From Octopus vulgaris (Eukaryota): 64,000 bases of DNA. Positions 38,754 through 52,390 of this stretch are shown piece after piece. Position 1 is the stretch's first letter. Every line of letters starts with the position of its first letter. Where the stretch lies: assembly GCA_951406725.2 (NCBI GenBank), contig OX597838.1:31868001-31932000 (forward strand), given 5' to 3'. The position numbers were made by a program, and so were the translations under genes. Under the pieces are notes generated by a model, which saw only the letters and a program-made list of their open reading frames with translations, did not search any database and was not told the origin of the DNA.

Positions 38754-38974
38754 CCCTTTCGTTACCAACCTGGCCGAAACCGGCTCTGACTCTGTAGTAC
38801 AAATGTCTTGTTTTCATAAGTTTTGTATTAAAATCTTTCACCAAACCTTAGTCCCAGTTTATGTTCCTAACATTAGCTTAATGATAACTAAGTTATTTTA
38901 CTAAATTCTTTTTTATATCTAAAATAATTGAGAGAAACGCAGAGCATCTCAAAATAAATACAGTGACGAAAGGG
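38754..38974. mobile_element. piggyBac-type MITE. Second copy at 47352-47573; related fragments at ~31160-31281 and 55519-55733
   Basis: TTAA TSD; CCCTTTCGTTAC / GTGACGAAAGGG termini. Confidence 0.85.
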
Positions 38975-41900
38975 TTAAAGATACAATAATTTAGCAGATT
39001 TATATAATGTGTCATGTATCTCCAAGCGATCTTTATGTACGAGTAGTTGTGCAAATAACATAGATTTTCCAAGGTATTTTATAGGGTTAGTGAAACTGGA
39101 TGAACTTAATGTGAAGTGGTGGCAATAATTAATGCTTAAAATTAATTTCCTGAAGGTAAAATGGTTACATTCGAGAGAATCTAACAGATTTGATAGCCTC
39201 AGATATTCTCAAGTTTCCATTCTTGTATTTTACTATTTGATGAGCTCCAACCAGTTTCTTATGCCCATGCTGGAGCTCCATACTCTAAGAATATATATGT
39301 ACCTTCTTCCTTTTTTTCTTTTAAATGAAAAGCAATTACCATGAATATTCTAATTATATTTCCAGGTGGCATTGAAGGTTTGCCAATATGTAGGTGGATT
39401 TCATTATGATAGCTGTTTTATTTTCTTCTTTGGATGTTGTCCTCATTAGTAGATCAGATTAATTAGTTGTATTTGTCTTTTATTTAAACACACACATACA
39501 TACATACACACTCATGCACACACGTTCTTTTCCTTACATTTCTTCTTTCGTTGCATGAATATTGTGCTATTTTCATTGTTGTCTCCAAACTTTGTATATT
39601 TATGGCACTTAATTTTATATCATTTGCTTATTTCTTCTATCCACTTGCCTTATATGTTTGTCTGTATGTTTATACTAGTAGTATCGCCCGGCGTTGCTCA
39701 GGTTTGTAAGGGAAATAACTATATAAGCATTTTTAGAGAGTTACTTCCCTTATATAACCCGAGCAAAAATCATTAAAAATGCGGAAAAATGATGGTAATT
39801 TTTTTTTTAAATCATAAACTCATCGTAGATGCGCACTAATACCCAGAAGGGCTTGATATGAATGACGACTATAAGATACCTGCTTTTGGTTAAACTGCAC
39901 CACAAAATGAGGGAGTAGTTAGGAATCTAAATCGGAGGAGACAGAGTCTCACACACACAACTTCAATTTTATATATAAAGATGTGTCTGTATGGGCTCGT
40001 TTGTGTGTGTGTGTGTGCATGTGTGTGTAGACAAAGAATGGCAGAACGTTTCAGAAGTTTGCTTTGTAACAAGGTGTTGTGTTTCATCCCACTGCATGGC
40101 ATCTTGGTCAAGTGTCATTTTTTTTTATAGTCTTAGGTCATCCTACACCTTGTGAGTGTAACTGGATAGAAAGAAACTATAGAGAAGCCTATCATGTGAC
40201 TTGTACCTGGAATTCAAAAGGCACAGCTTTGTTGTACATTTTGTTACACTGACTCTGACTAAGAATTACATTAAGGGTACACATTTCTTTTTAAGGCGGC
40301 GAGCTGGCAGAAACATTAGCATGCCGGACGAAATGCGTAGCCGTATTTCGTCCGCTGTTACGTTCTGAGTTCAAATTCCGCCGAGGTCGACTTTGCCTTT
40401 CATCCTTTCGGGGTCAATAAATTAAGTACCAGTTATGCACTGGGGTCGATGTAATCGACTTAATCCGTTTGTCTTCTCTGTGTTTAACCCCTTGTGGGTA
40501 GTAAAGAAATAGGTACACATGTCCTTTTAAAAATCAGCCTCCTGGACATCAGTTCTGAAGTGACCAAACAACTCGATTCTCATTGTCAAGCAATGGTCAT
40601 TCACCAGCAACTCCACCTTAGTTAATCCCACCCTGTCGTCAATAATGTATGTAGCCAGGTTCCTCTCTAGCAAGATACCTGTTCTTTTCCAAACCCTTCT
40701 CTCCTGCTTTCACCTGTCAGCTCCTAACCTCCCACTCAATTGTAGCTCCATTCAGTTGAAAGGAATCTTAGTCTTTGAGCTCCATGGCAACCTCACTTGT
40801 ACTGGTGCCATAAAAATGCACCCAGTACATTCTGTATAGTGGATGGCAAAAGGAGGGGCAATGAGCTGTAGAAATTGTACTAAAGCAGACACTGGAGCAC
40901 AATGCCATCCTTAAATCTATTGGATACTGTTAACCCATCCACCCCATTCCAGTCTGGAAGAGTTGAAGGAGGATCTTTAATCCTTTCATAGACAACATCT
41001 CTGGTGCTCTTTTTACGATGAGCCCCACCCAGTTTGTGTAGTAAAATTATTTGGTGATAAAAACAAGGGTAAAAAAAAATAACGACAATACACAATAGCA
41101 AAGATTAGCATTTGGTTTGTTGTTGTGTGCGTCAGATGATGAAGGACCATGAGATGCTGTAAGACCTGTCTAACACATACCAGTATGCAAACATCAATAT
41201 ACCCAGCGGTGGTGCCCCAGCATGGCCGCGGCCTTCGGGCTAAAACATTTTTAAGGATTTAAGGATTTATACTATGATGGTTTTGTGTATGTGTGTATGA
41301 TCCATGTTCCATACTGTCATGGGTTGGGCAAGAGGACAGGAACTGGCAAGTCTGAAGACAGCACCAGTAATTGCTGTCTGCTTTAGCATGGTTTCTTCCT
41401 AGTACCAACCAATTCACAGCATGTACTGGATGCTTTTTATGTGGCATTAGCTGCAGTGAGGTCACTAAGCAACTTGCAGAACAACGGACTCTCAATTGAG
41501 GGGTGGGTAGCATGGGGTATGTGTATGTATGTGTGTGTGTGTAGTTAATCAAAGACACAGAGAAAAAAAGACAAGAAAAAAACAGCAAGAGGATGTGGTA
41601 CATGCAAAGTATTAAGATGCTCAGAGAGAAGAGACCTCCAGATGTCTCTTCTCTCTGCCTCTACTACTACTACTACAACAAGAGTAGAATATTCTTGTTC
41701 TGTTACCCATTCTCAAGATATCCCAGGCATGGTTAAATTCAAAATTCAGAGCATAACAGTTCAAAATTACAGAGCATAGCAGTCTCCCGCAGATGACTAG
41801 AGGCTAGAACCCCTGGAATGTTGTGGTTATAACAATCAAAATTAAGATTACAAGCCTGAATATATTAGTGTATAATAACGGTGATTCCTCATCTTAGAAA

Positions 41901-42096
41901 TTCAGACGAAATTTGTCTGGGATCTTTAGGGTTATTTGTGGATACGATATCCTTCTGTATGTGATATTGTCCGTTTCCTTTTGTATGTGAATAGTGTTAG
42001 ATATTTCAGAATTATCAGTCTGTTATGAAATTTTGCTCATTTTTTTTTCCTTTTTGCGTCAATAAAATATTTTACATTTACAATTATACTCTGTCT

Positions 42097-42137
<41 letters not shown>

Positions 42138-42609
42138 TGAGAGAGAGAGAGAAAGAGAGAGGTTAGACTTGGTTTGTGATGGTTTTATGTGAACTGGTTG
42201 TTTCCATCATTGTTCAAATGATATCCATTGCGATATCATCTGTGTTCTTCCCATTATTTATGTGGACATTTTATAATATTTCTGCACTATCAATTTGTTG
42301 TGATATCATCTGCATTATCACTCCAGTGTTGTATTCTCTGCTTCCTCCGACACCGTTTCTATAGATATTGTAAACATATTTCTGTACTATTTATTGTGAC
42401 AACATCTGCACTTCCTTCTGATACATGTGTGTATATATTGATATTTATTGTAACGCTATCTTTCCATTATAAATACAATGTTACATTACGTGCTTATATT
42501 TTAATGGGTTTTTTTTTATCATTTTCTACAGACATTACCAGCAATTCTGCTTATCAATCTATTTGACTATTGTCTTATTTTACCAAATTCACATAATCTT
42601 TAAATACAA

Positions 42610-43100
42610 ATACACACACACACACACATGCATACACACACACATGCGTACACACACACATACATACACACACACATGCATACACACAGACACATACATA
42701 CACACACACATGCATACACACAGACACATACATACACACACACATGCATACACACAGACACATACATACACACACACTTGCATACACACACACACATAAA
42801 CACATGCACACATATGCATAAACATATAGACAGCACACACACACATATGCATAAACACACATGCACGCACACAGCATCCATACATATATATATATAGACA
42901 CAGATTTCCTCATGTACACACATACATGCCCACATACACACATGCATAAGCATGCTTGTATGCCCGTGCACACACACACACACCTGAGCACACACACATA
43001 CACACACACACAGATACACACACACACACGCGCTCACACACACACAGATACACACACACACGCTCACACACATACACATACACACACACACACACGCACA
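42610..43100. repeat. Degenerate (CA)n/(CATA)n microsatellite
   Basis: Directly visible. Confidence 0.95.
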
Positions 43101-43351
43101 CTTTGTCTCTCTCACTTTTCTCTTCTTCCCTCCCTTTTCTCATTACAAAAATATTTTAAATAAAAATCGTTAACGGAATTGTATTATCAGACATTTATAT
43201 TTTAATCATTTAATATATCCTTGTTTTCTTTATCTAATTAATTAGTTAATTATTCACTCTATTGCATATTTAACTACTGAAATTTCGTCTCCAGTATTAA
43301 CCTGTTGCTCCTTCTGTGTTGATGTAATATCTCTGTCCCCTTGTCTTCCAG

Positions 43352-43407
43352 CTTGATGTCCCCTACAGAGCCCCCGTGGAGAAAAATGTCTTCCTCAGTG
43401 TCTCCAG
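43352..43407 (+). CDS. BLTP2: BLTP2 exon 20: LDVPYRAPVEKNVFLSVS
   Basis: cttccag| ... CAG|gtaaaa, phase 0-2, bridges exons 19 and 21 in frame. Confidence 0.88.
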
Positions 43408-43700
43408 GTAAAAAGGGTTTTAGTTTTGCAGCTTTTATCTAGATTTATGTGAATAAGGAAATATATATGTTTACATGTGTCTGTTTGGAAAGAGAGAAAG
43501 AGAGAGAGAGAGGTAGATAATCGTGTCTGTGTGTGTGTGTGGTGAGCAATTGTGTATTTGTATATATATATGTTCCTATTCTCACCTTTTTCTGTTTTGC
43601 CTCTGGTTATATATATATTGCCTTGTGGTGCTTGGTCGAACCCTTTACATTGTTAGTTGAAGCTCAACCAAAGTTACATTTGTCTTTTATCCCTCTGGAA

Positions 43701-43902
43701 CAGGGCTTTTCAAACTTTTTGCTGGAGCGGAACCCCAAGGAAACATTCCACTGGCTCGAGGAACCCCCTGTGCAATAATTTAATAGTCTTATGCACACAT
43801 ATCTGCACAGGAGAATTAAAAATTACTGCCGATTTTAGCAGTTTTGTAACTTCTTGCGGAACCCCTGCACTGTACTGGCGGAACCCTGGTTGAAAACCAC
43901 CG
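43701..43902. mobile_element. hAT (Charlie-type) MITE
   Basis: Termini CAGGGCTTTTCAAAC / GGTTGAAAACCACCG; 8-bp TSD CTCTGGAA / CTCTAGAA. Confidence 0.85.
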
Positions 43903-44772
43903 CTCTAGAAACACTAAAAGTACCAGTTAACTACTGGGGTCTGTTTACTTGACAACTCTCATGCCACAAACTGTGCTTATAAGACAAACTATTTCCATTA
44001 TTGTATGCCTGGTGTTAGTTTACCACACGGGTGGTACTTTGAGGTATATTTTTGCCTTCTTACTGCCTGGGTTCAAATCCTTCCAGGATCGAACTCTTTT
44101 TCCAACCCTTTGAGGTCGATAACTTAATTGCCAGCAATTACCATTAATAGGTGTGGCTGTGTGACAGTTTGCCTCACACCCACATATTTTCTGGTTTAGT
44201 TCTACTGCATGGCATCCAGGCCAACCAAGGTTTAGTGAGTTAATTTGGTAGACGGTGTGTGTGTGTGTGTGTGTGTCTGTGCGTTACCGTCTCCCGTGCC
44301 TTGACTTCATGTGATAGCTGTGAATGAATGTCCCTTGTTACGCAGGTAGTGTCCTTTGTTTCCGATCTTCTGTGAAAAGATGTCTGGTCAAGGGGGAAAA
44401 TATTACCTTATTTAGATACACATTTCTTTACTACCCACAAGGGGCTAAACATAGAGGGGGCAAACAAGGACAGACAAAGGGATTAAGTCGATTACATAGA
44501 CCCCAGTGCGAAACTGGTACTTTATTTATCGACCCAGAAAGGATGAAAGGCAAAGTCGACCTCGGCGGAATTTGAACTCAGAACGTAACAGCAGACGAAA
44601 TACGGCCACGCATTTCGCCCGGCGTGCTAACATTTCTGCCAGCTCGCCGCCTTATTTAGATACAGGTGAGTGTTGGTGACAGGAGGGGCATCCAGCCGTA
44701 CAAAATTTGTCTCAATAAATTTCATCCAACCCATGCAAACTTGGGAAAGTGGACACATGAAAACAGTGTAAA

Positions 44773-44940
44773 AATGATGATGATGATACTAATGTCTGTT
44801 ACTGGACCCTATGTACTACGTCCACCCTGAAAAAATTTCTCCCTCTTAAATTTTAAAAAATGATGATGATACTAATGTCTGTTACTGGACCCTATGTACT
44901 ACGTCCACCCTGAAAAAATTTCTCCCTCTTAAATTTTAAA
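44773..44940. repeat. Perfect 84-bp tandem duplication
   Basis: ...ATGATGATGATACTAATGTCTG...CTTAAATTTTAAA occurs twice. Confidence 0.95.
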
Positions 44941-45027
44941 GAAAAAAAATCTCCCTTGCATTTCTTGATCAAAAGAAATCAATGTGTTGTTCAATAATGT
45001 GTTGTTTCTGGATCTTTCTTTCGGCAG

Positions 45028-45088
45028 AGTTTCCTATCAACGAGCTGATGAAACTACAACTGAAGATGAAGTAAAAGATGTCCAGAAG
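45028..45088 (+). CDS. BLTP2: BLTP2 exon 21: RVSYQRADETTTEDEVKDVQK
   Basis: ggcag| ... AAG|gtaatg, phase 2-0; YQR motif. Confidence 0.9.
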
Positions 45089-45542
45089 GTAATGTCTATT
45101 GTCCTCCAGCCTCCACACCAGCTCTCCCCACCCCCTCTCATTCCTGTGTCCAATACAGTCAAGCAACATAAAATAATGTGCCTCTGTTTTGCCATTTTTG
45201 TTTGCTTGATTGTACGATTAAAAGCTTTTCTTTTGATATTTTTTCTTTCTTTTTTTTTTGTGGTTTAGTCAGAGAAGGAAAGATAATTGCCCAGCCTTTC
45301 CAACTCTACACCAGTTACTCCCACCCATTCCTGTATAATGTAAACAGCCATTTTATCTCCTCTACGACAACAAACCTGTCCTGGCTGCTTCCTTCTTACC
45401 AAGCCATAAAACTATAAATTCTGTGTAATGCTTGCAATCTCAACTAAAAATAATGTTTCAAAGATCTTGTGCTCCCTAGTGTAAAGCCAGTCCTTAAATC
45501 TTAATTTCTCCCATTCATTCTCTATAAAATCTCTTCCAACAG

Positions 45543-45716
45543 GAGACCCCCACTCATATGGTACAGGTTTATGACATGAAAGGAGCATGGACTCGCAGTA
45601 ACCGCACAGTGCTCCTTGGGTTGTATGACAGTTACATCAAGGCCCAGTCACTAAAACGTAATCTATCTTCTGAAGCACTGAAAGGTTTCAAACTGGACAA
45701 CACCCGACAAGGTTAT
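45543..45716 (+). CDS. BLTP2: BLTP2 exon 22: ETPTHMVQVYDMKGAWTRSNRTVLLGLYDSYIKAQSLKRNLSSEALKGFKLDNTRQGY
   Basis: caacag| ... |gtaagt, phase 0-0; WT..NR and LKRNLS.EALKG motifs. Confidence 0.96.
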
Positions 45717-47757
45717 GTAAGTAATTTCCTTCCCTCTATCTCTTCCTGATAACTTACCTTAAATTTTACCTTAATACTAATTCCACTGCTGACCCTATTC
45801 AAGGTCGTTGCCAGTGCCACCGGACTGGCTCCTGTGCAGGTGGCACTTAAAAAGCACCATTTGAGCATGGCCATTGTCAGTACTGCCTGACTGGCCCTCT
45901 TAAAAGCACCCACTATATTGTTGGAGTGTTTGGTGTTAGGAAGGGCATCCAGCTGTAGAAACTCTGCCAGATCAGATTGGAGTCTGGTGCAGCCATCCAG
46001 TTCACCAGTCCTCAGTCAAATCGTCCAACCCATGCTAGCATGGAAAGCGGACGTTAAACGATGATGATGATGATGATGTAGGGTTGAATTTCGTTTTTGT
46101 ATCTGGTTTGCAAGATTCTTTATGTGAACTCATGTGTTGAAGCAAATTATGTTGTGTCTGGGGAGAGACATATTGTCTTAATGCTTTATTATCTAACACA
46201 CACACACTAGTTCAATTTTTGTTGTTTTTGCAAGCAAAAGCAATGAAAATTTTGGAAGAAAAAATACAAATAATAAATGAGTGGAAATCGAACCAGTGAG
46301 TGTGTTAGATAAGGCATTAAAGCAATATGACCCTCCCCATACACAACATAATAAGCTAAATATCTTTTACAACCAGGCCTTGATGAAGTCCATCAGCTAA
46401 TGTGGTCACTTGCTGTTATTATATTACTTCTATTCGTATGCAATGCTTGCTATCTCTGTAAATAACAGAGAAGACTACACTCATTCGGAATGTCAACCTC
46501 ATTTTTACAGAGAGAAAAAGAGCAAAACATTGTGTTATATTTACGTGTATGCTGTGTCTTGGACATTTGATCTCTGATCATCCACACTGTCACAGATATC
46601 TCTTAATGGAAACACTGTTAATAACACTAGTCTAATAAAAAGTACTCCTAGTTCAAATCCAGTTTGGTACCATGTGCTTATCTAAGGATAAGTCCTTGGT
46701 GGTAATCAAACTGACTGAAAGACAACGAAGATATGTTGGAAAACAGCAAGATGTCCATCACTGAAGATGATGTTTATAGTCTAAAAGTCATAATCTGATT
46801 AACAATTACTCCTCTCAGATAATATTTGCAGTATAGAAGACACACATTAGCCATTCAAAAAATTACAAAGACTATTAACTTCTAAAAAATTCATTGTTTG
46901 GTGTCAAAATTTTCATTGCACCAGGTCGTAATTGGTGCAACAAAAATTTTGGCATCAAATAATAGACTTTTTAGTGAATTGACCAATTTTTGTGTGCATT
47001 TGAACGGCTGATGTGTATCTACCTTGTTGCAATTGTTTTAGTTTCAATGCATGGTCTCAGATCAAATCACTTGCTAGGCAAGTACATCTCTGAAATCTTC
47101 TCAGATGTTTCATCAATAAAGAACAAACATGTCCTCTTAGATATAAACATGGCACCTGTGTCGGCTGCACGTAGATGCACCCCGGTGTCATGCAAATGGC
47201 ACATAAAAGCACCCATTACACTCTCAGAGTGGTTGGCATTAGAAAGGGCATCCAGCCGTAGAAAACCATACCAGATCAGACTGAAGCCTGGCACAGCCTT
47301 CCAGCATGCCAGCCCAGTCAAACCGTCCAACCCATGGATAACAGACATTAACCCTTTCGTTACCGTATTCATTTTGAGATGCTCTGTGTTTCTTTCCATT
47401 AATTGTAAATATAACAAAGAATTTAGTAATATTACTTACGTATCATTCAGCTACTGTTAGGATCATAAATTGTGACTAAGGTTTGGTGGTATATTTTAAT
47501 GAAAAACTTATGAAAACAAGGCATTTATACTACAGAGCCAGAGCCGGTTTTGGCCGGGTTAGTATCAAAAGGGTTAAATGATGATGATGATGCTGACTTG
47601 AATACTAAAGAGAGACATTTCTACCTGGATAGTTTAATGGTGATGCTGGAGCTGTAAAGAGATAGGAATGCCTACCTTCAGCAAACAGCAATAATCCTTC
47701 ATTATGTTTCAGTTTGAATGGTAAGGTGATTAAAAACATTTTTGTTGACCCCCACAG

Positions 47758-47916
47758 CGCAGCAAGTCTTCTTCATTGAACACCTCTGGTAACGTAGAAA
47801 CACCCCTAACTGCAGGGCCAATACCCCTCAGTCAACTTCACTCTGGACATGCATACGCTATGCTAAACAAGCTCGTTTCAGAAACAGATAAGAAGTCGGT
47901 GGCTTTCACAGAAGAG
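47758..47916 (+). CDS. BLTP2: BLTP2 exon 23: RSKSSSLNTSGNVETP...HAYAMLNKLVSETDKKSVAFTEE
   Basis: ccacag| ... GAG|gtaagt, phase 0-0; resembles [20 protein letters not shown]. Confidence 0.93.
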
Positions 47917-48279
47917 GTAAGTTAACATATCAATTAATTAATTAATTAATCCGAGTAATGAACAGTTCAGGCATTTGGAGTGTCTGCACGTTTGCTATAT
48001 CCTCTTGTGACAGGCAACCACTACCAACATCACCACCACCTAGTGACTACATCATCAAATGCCTCTCATCATTTTGTTCTTGTTGTTCATTAACATCTGT
48101 TAAAATAACAACAGTAATTCTTTCTAATATTGGCACAAGGCCATCAATTTTGTGGGGATGGGGAAGCCAGTTACATTGACCTCAATGCTGAGCTGTTATT
48201 TATTTTATTGGCCCCAAAAGGTTGAAAGGCAAAGTCAGCCTCAGTGACATTTGCTAATGATTCTGCCAGTTTGCTGCTG

Positions 48280-48316
<37 letters not shown>

Positions 48317-48797
48317 AATAACTAGCACTATGACCCGGCAACACCGGGTCATAGTGCTAATGCATACATATACAGCTGTGTGCATGCACACATACACGCA
48401 AGTACTGTCCAAATCTTCGACCGATCACATACAGCTAGCTGGCATTCAATTAGTGTATCAAGTTTCGGGCATTTTGATTGGGTTTTGGATAGAAAATTCA
48501 CAAAAAAGTCACTTCTATTGATTTTTTTTTAATAGCTTTTTATATATAGAGAGACAATAATAGCAGCAACAACAACAACAACAATGATTTCAAATTTTGC
48601 CACAAGGGCAGCAATTTTGGGAGACCATATGACTTGATTACATCAACCCCAGTGTTCAACTGGTACTTATTTTATCGACCCCGAAAGGATGAAAGGCTAA
48701 GTTGACCTTGGCGGAATCTGAACTCAGAACACAGCAGCAGATGAAATGCTGCTAAGCATTTGACCCGACATGCTAATGATTCTGCCAGCCCACCGTC

Positions 48798-48841
<44 letters not shown>

Positions 48842-49055
48842 TGTTGTTTATTTGCCATGTGTGTGTGTGCACTTGCACACACACAGTGAAATCCTAGTTA
48901 GCTTTATCTTTACTATAAATTTGACTTTATTCTCAGTATAGAGTGACGTAGTTAGTAAATATGCATCTGTTTTCTTTAGAAGGACTTCAGAGTAATAACA
49001 TTATTCATTCCCACATATTTCACATATTTCCTGTATCTTATTTTCTCCCCTGCAG

Positions 49056-49134
49056 CCATCTGAAGCAAACATGGAACAACTTCATGGCATTGCAGCATGC
49101 CAAACAGACGATGTTATCAAGAAGAACTGGTTAA
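49056..49134 (+). CDS. BLTP2: BLTP2 exon 24: PSEANMEQLHGIAACQTDDVIKKNWL
   Basis: ctgcag| ... |gtaagt, phase 0-1; GIAACQTDD motif. Confidence 0.97.
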
Positions 49135-49249
49135 GTAAGTTAAACTTTCAGTATTTTGTTTTGTTGGGTTTTTTTTGGTTTTTTTATTCCATTTTATTTT
49201 ATAGACTTATTTTGTTGTTCAGAAACCACTAAATTACACTTTATGTAGA

Positions 49250-50848
49250 CAATGCATGGGCAACATGTGGCCCTCGACATGTTGTGTTGCCCTCGGCAAG
49301 TTTCTAGGTTACTTATTTTTACAAGTGAAAAACTTTTCTCAAATTTTCCAATTATTAGCCTTATCAACCTCGGTGGAATCGAAACTCCGAATGTGAAGAC
49401 AGACGAAATAGATAGTACTTATCTGTGTGAAAAACTATTTTCTAGAACGAAACACATCTATATATATAAAACTGTAGTTGTGTGAGTGTCTGTCCCCTTC
49501 GATTTAGATTCCTAACTACTCCCACATTTTGCGGTGCAGTTTAACCAAATTCGGGTATCTTATAGTCGTGATTCATATCGAGCCCGTCTGAGTATTAGCG
49601 CGCGTCTACGATGAGTCTACGATTTTAAAAATAATTTAACATCATTTTTTATTCCATTTTAATGCATAATTTTTCATGTGTCGATGGCGGCGGAGTTGGC
49701 GTCCATGGTCACACCTGCACCTGGTTGCTTCTCCCCCTTCTTCCCTCCCTCATGAAGCTGTGGGGAAGGGAGTGTAAGGAAATCAACGTCGTAAAGCGTT
49801 GTCAAGGAGACCAGCGTTCTTTTAGAACAATGACTTCATGGCTTGAAGACACCAAAACAGAAATGGCTAAGAAAGCCCGAATTGGCATCTATAAGGGAAG
49901 TAACTCTCTAAAAATGCTTATATAGTTATTTCCCTTACAAACCTGAGCAACGCCGGGCGATACTGCTAGTTAAATCTAAAACTAAGTCAAGACTCCTTAA
50001 GAGCATTTGCAGCATAACCTAAGAGTAGCGACATCTCAAATAATAATAATGAAATTACTGTATACAGTGCTCAGGTGCACCACAACTTGTCAGAAAGTTC
50101 GGATAAAGCCCATGCAGTAATGTAGAAATGTCTGGAAAGCGAACAATGTATGAGTCAGATATATGCTTGTGTGTGTATGGAGGGGAGAAAATCAGGTGTA
50201 GTGTTGGTGAATTTCAGGAAGCATGGAAGTTTTGAAGGATGCAGTGCTCCGACAACTAACAACTGATGCCGGCAATTTGTTCCATGCTTCAGCAACTCTC
50301 AGCGTGAAAAAATGTTTCCTAAAGTCATGGGAGCTGTGCTGTTTTCTGACTTTGCAAATATGCCCACGGGTGTTAGATGGGTGGAGTTTTAAAAGGTGCT
50401 CAGAGTTATTGTTTGTACGATGGTTAATAATTTTATGGGTGTCTGCCAAGTCAGCTGCCAGACGTCGGAGTTTCAAATTCTACCTAATATTGAAAATATG
50501 GTAAAGAATATGAAGGTGTAAAAGTCTCATTGATATGGATAATGAAATTTGTTCTTTAATAAAATATCAATGAATTTTCTTTTTTTTTTTTTTTGACCTC
50601 AATATTTTAAACTATAATTTATTTTCACTAGTAATCATCATAATTATCATTAGGAAATAATGAAAGAGATGCCAGCTTAATGTAAACTTTCATACTAAGA
50701 CAAATAAAATTAAGAAGAACAGCAAAAACATTCAGTGTAAAAGTGGGCAAGTAATATTTCATGCACATGTGCTTTATCATGTGGCCCTCACCCACTTGGA
50801 AATGGTACAATGCTGGGTCCCCAGCTGAGGAAAAGTTGCCCATGCCTG
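49250..50848. mobile_element. Old hAT-like element interrupted by nested SINE, Helitron and CR1 pieces
   Basis: Termini GCATGGGCAAC / GTTGCCCATGCCTG; TSD not convincing. Confidence 0.5.
49457..49969 (+). mobile_element. Non-autonomous Helitron. Relatives on the minus strand at 31314-31602, 39675-39981, 48322-48550, 62932-63290
   Basis: A|TC start, subterminal hairpin CCTGAGCAACGCCGGG, CTAG|T end, no TSD. Confidence 0.85.
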
Positions 50849-52390
50849 ATACGGATTATTACATCTATATCAATACTACATTACTACCAGAGGGCACACA
50901 CTCTCCTACCCTGATGTAATCTCCAGGGATACAGGCATCCAGCAACAGGACCTCCGTAATGCTATGATGGACCGTGAAGTCTGGCATAGCATGGTAAATT
51001 CCATTGTCTCGACTACGGTCGAACAATGATGATGATGACATTTGTATAGATATTAAGTTTATATGAATATTATATTTACATAAATATTATATTTCAGTCG
51101 GTGCAGTTTGGCCAAGTGGTCAAGATGTTCACTCTGCGACCATGCAGTCCAGCTTTGACCTTGCTGTCTGGTATCTGGGTCAAATGTCATTGTCACTAGC
51201 CACGGGTCACCCCATCCCTTGTGATTAAAATTGAATTGTTGAAATTTGTGTAGAAGCCTGTAAGGTGGATCCTACCTGTAACATAAAAGTCTTGTCACAC
51301 ACACTGCGTCAGACTGATTCTTCCTCCCCATCATCATCGTTTAACGTCTGCTTTCCATGCTAGCATGGGTCGGATGGTTTCACAAGAGCTGGCCAGGCTG
51401 AAGCCTGCACTAGACTTCTGTGACTGTTTTGGCAAGATTTTTACAGCTGGATGCCCATCCGAACACCAGCCACTTAGCATAGTGGACTTGGTGCTTTTTA
51501 CTGAGAATTACTTTAAGGGTACATGTGCCTGTGGAGTACTCAGCCACTTTCACTGTAATTCAGTATTCAACAGTGAAATATCTTTTTTTACAAATTCTGT
51601 TACATCTGAGTTACTTCCCTTGGCACCCACTTTCATTTAAATCTACATTTGGCAATCGACTAATACAGTGTTTCTTATAGCAGGGAACCAAGCCTCCACT
51701 TCTACAGGATGGGGATGACTTTTCAGGTTGAAAAGGCAGTGGATAAGTTGTCATGTTTAATAAAATCAAGATGGTTTCCCACTTTTTAAATTTGCTTAAA
51801 CATCGAATGAAGAATGAAGATTTATATGAATCTCAACACTTATTGTAATGTTTGGGGATGATCATTTTGCCAATAAACACACGCTCTGTTTATCTGATCT
51901 TCACTTTAGCTTTATTATTATTATTAGTTTATCTGTCAGAGTTTTTTCGTCATACATTCAGAAACCTCTTCAAATGACTTTCCATTCCTCGTGCCTGGTC
52001 TTGTCCTGTCCGTTCCATCATGTCTTTCTGCAGACTGTATCCTTATATGTGCTATCTGTCTTTTTTCTCTTTATTAATTTCATTGATCTTTTTTTGAGGG
52101 GAGGGGCTAGTATTTATCAGTTTCAGAACTGCTGCACTAACACATCTCTCCCATACCAACCCCTCTCATCCCTTATCACCTTACGCAGCTCTCATAAATC
52201 TGCCTCCCCTCTCATCAATATCTCTCATATACCTCCACCCTTCATAATTATGCACTTACTCATTGCCCCTATGCTTACCTTCTCGTGTCTCTCCGCTAAC
52301 ATATTTCTTACAGACCCCCCACTCCCCCAGTACTCTTTACTCACCACTCACACGTCTCTCTCTCTCTCTCTCATATATTTTCTTTTACAG

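Noticed and set aside
41895-41925. CAGACGAAATTTGTCTG as a hammerhead 3' half
   Set aside because: No core box or stem II upstream; only a small hairpin.
42505-42603. Strong acceptor-like ttttctacag at 42531
   Set aside because: No GT donor before an in-frame stop, and exons 19 and 20 already join in frame.
47713-47720. Possible 8-nt microexon tttcag|TTTGAATG|gtaagg
   Set aside because: It shifts the frame with the main exon 22 donor, gives GTT-TGA with the alternative donor, and leaves only a 37-nt downstream intron.
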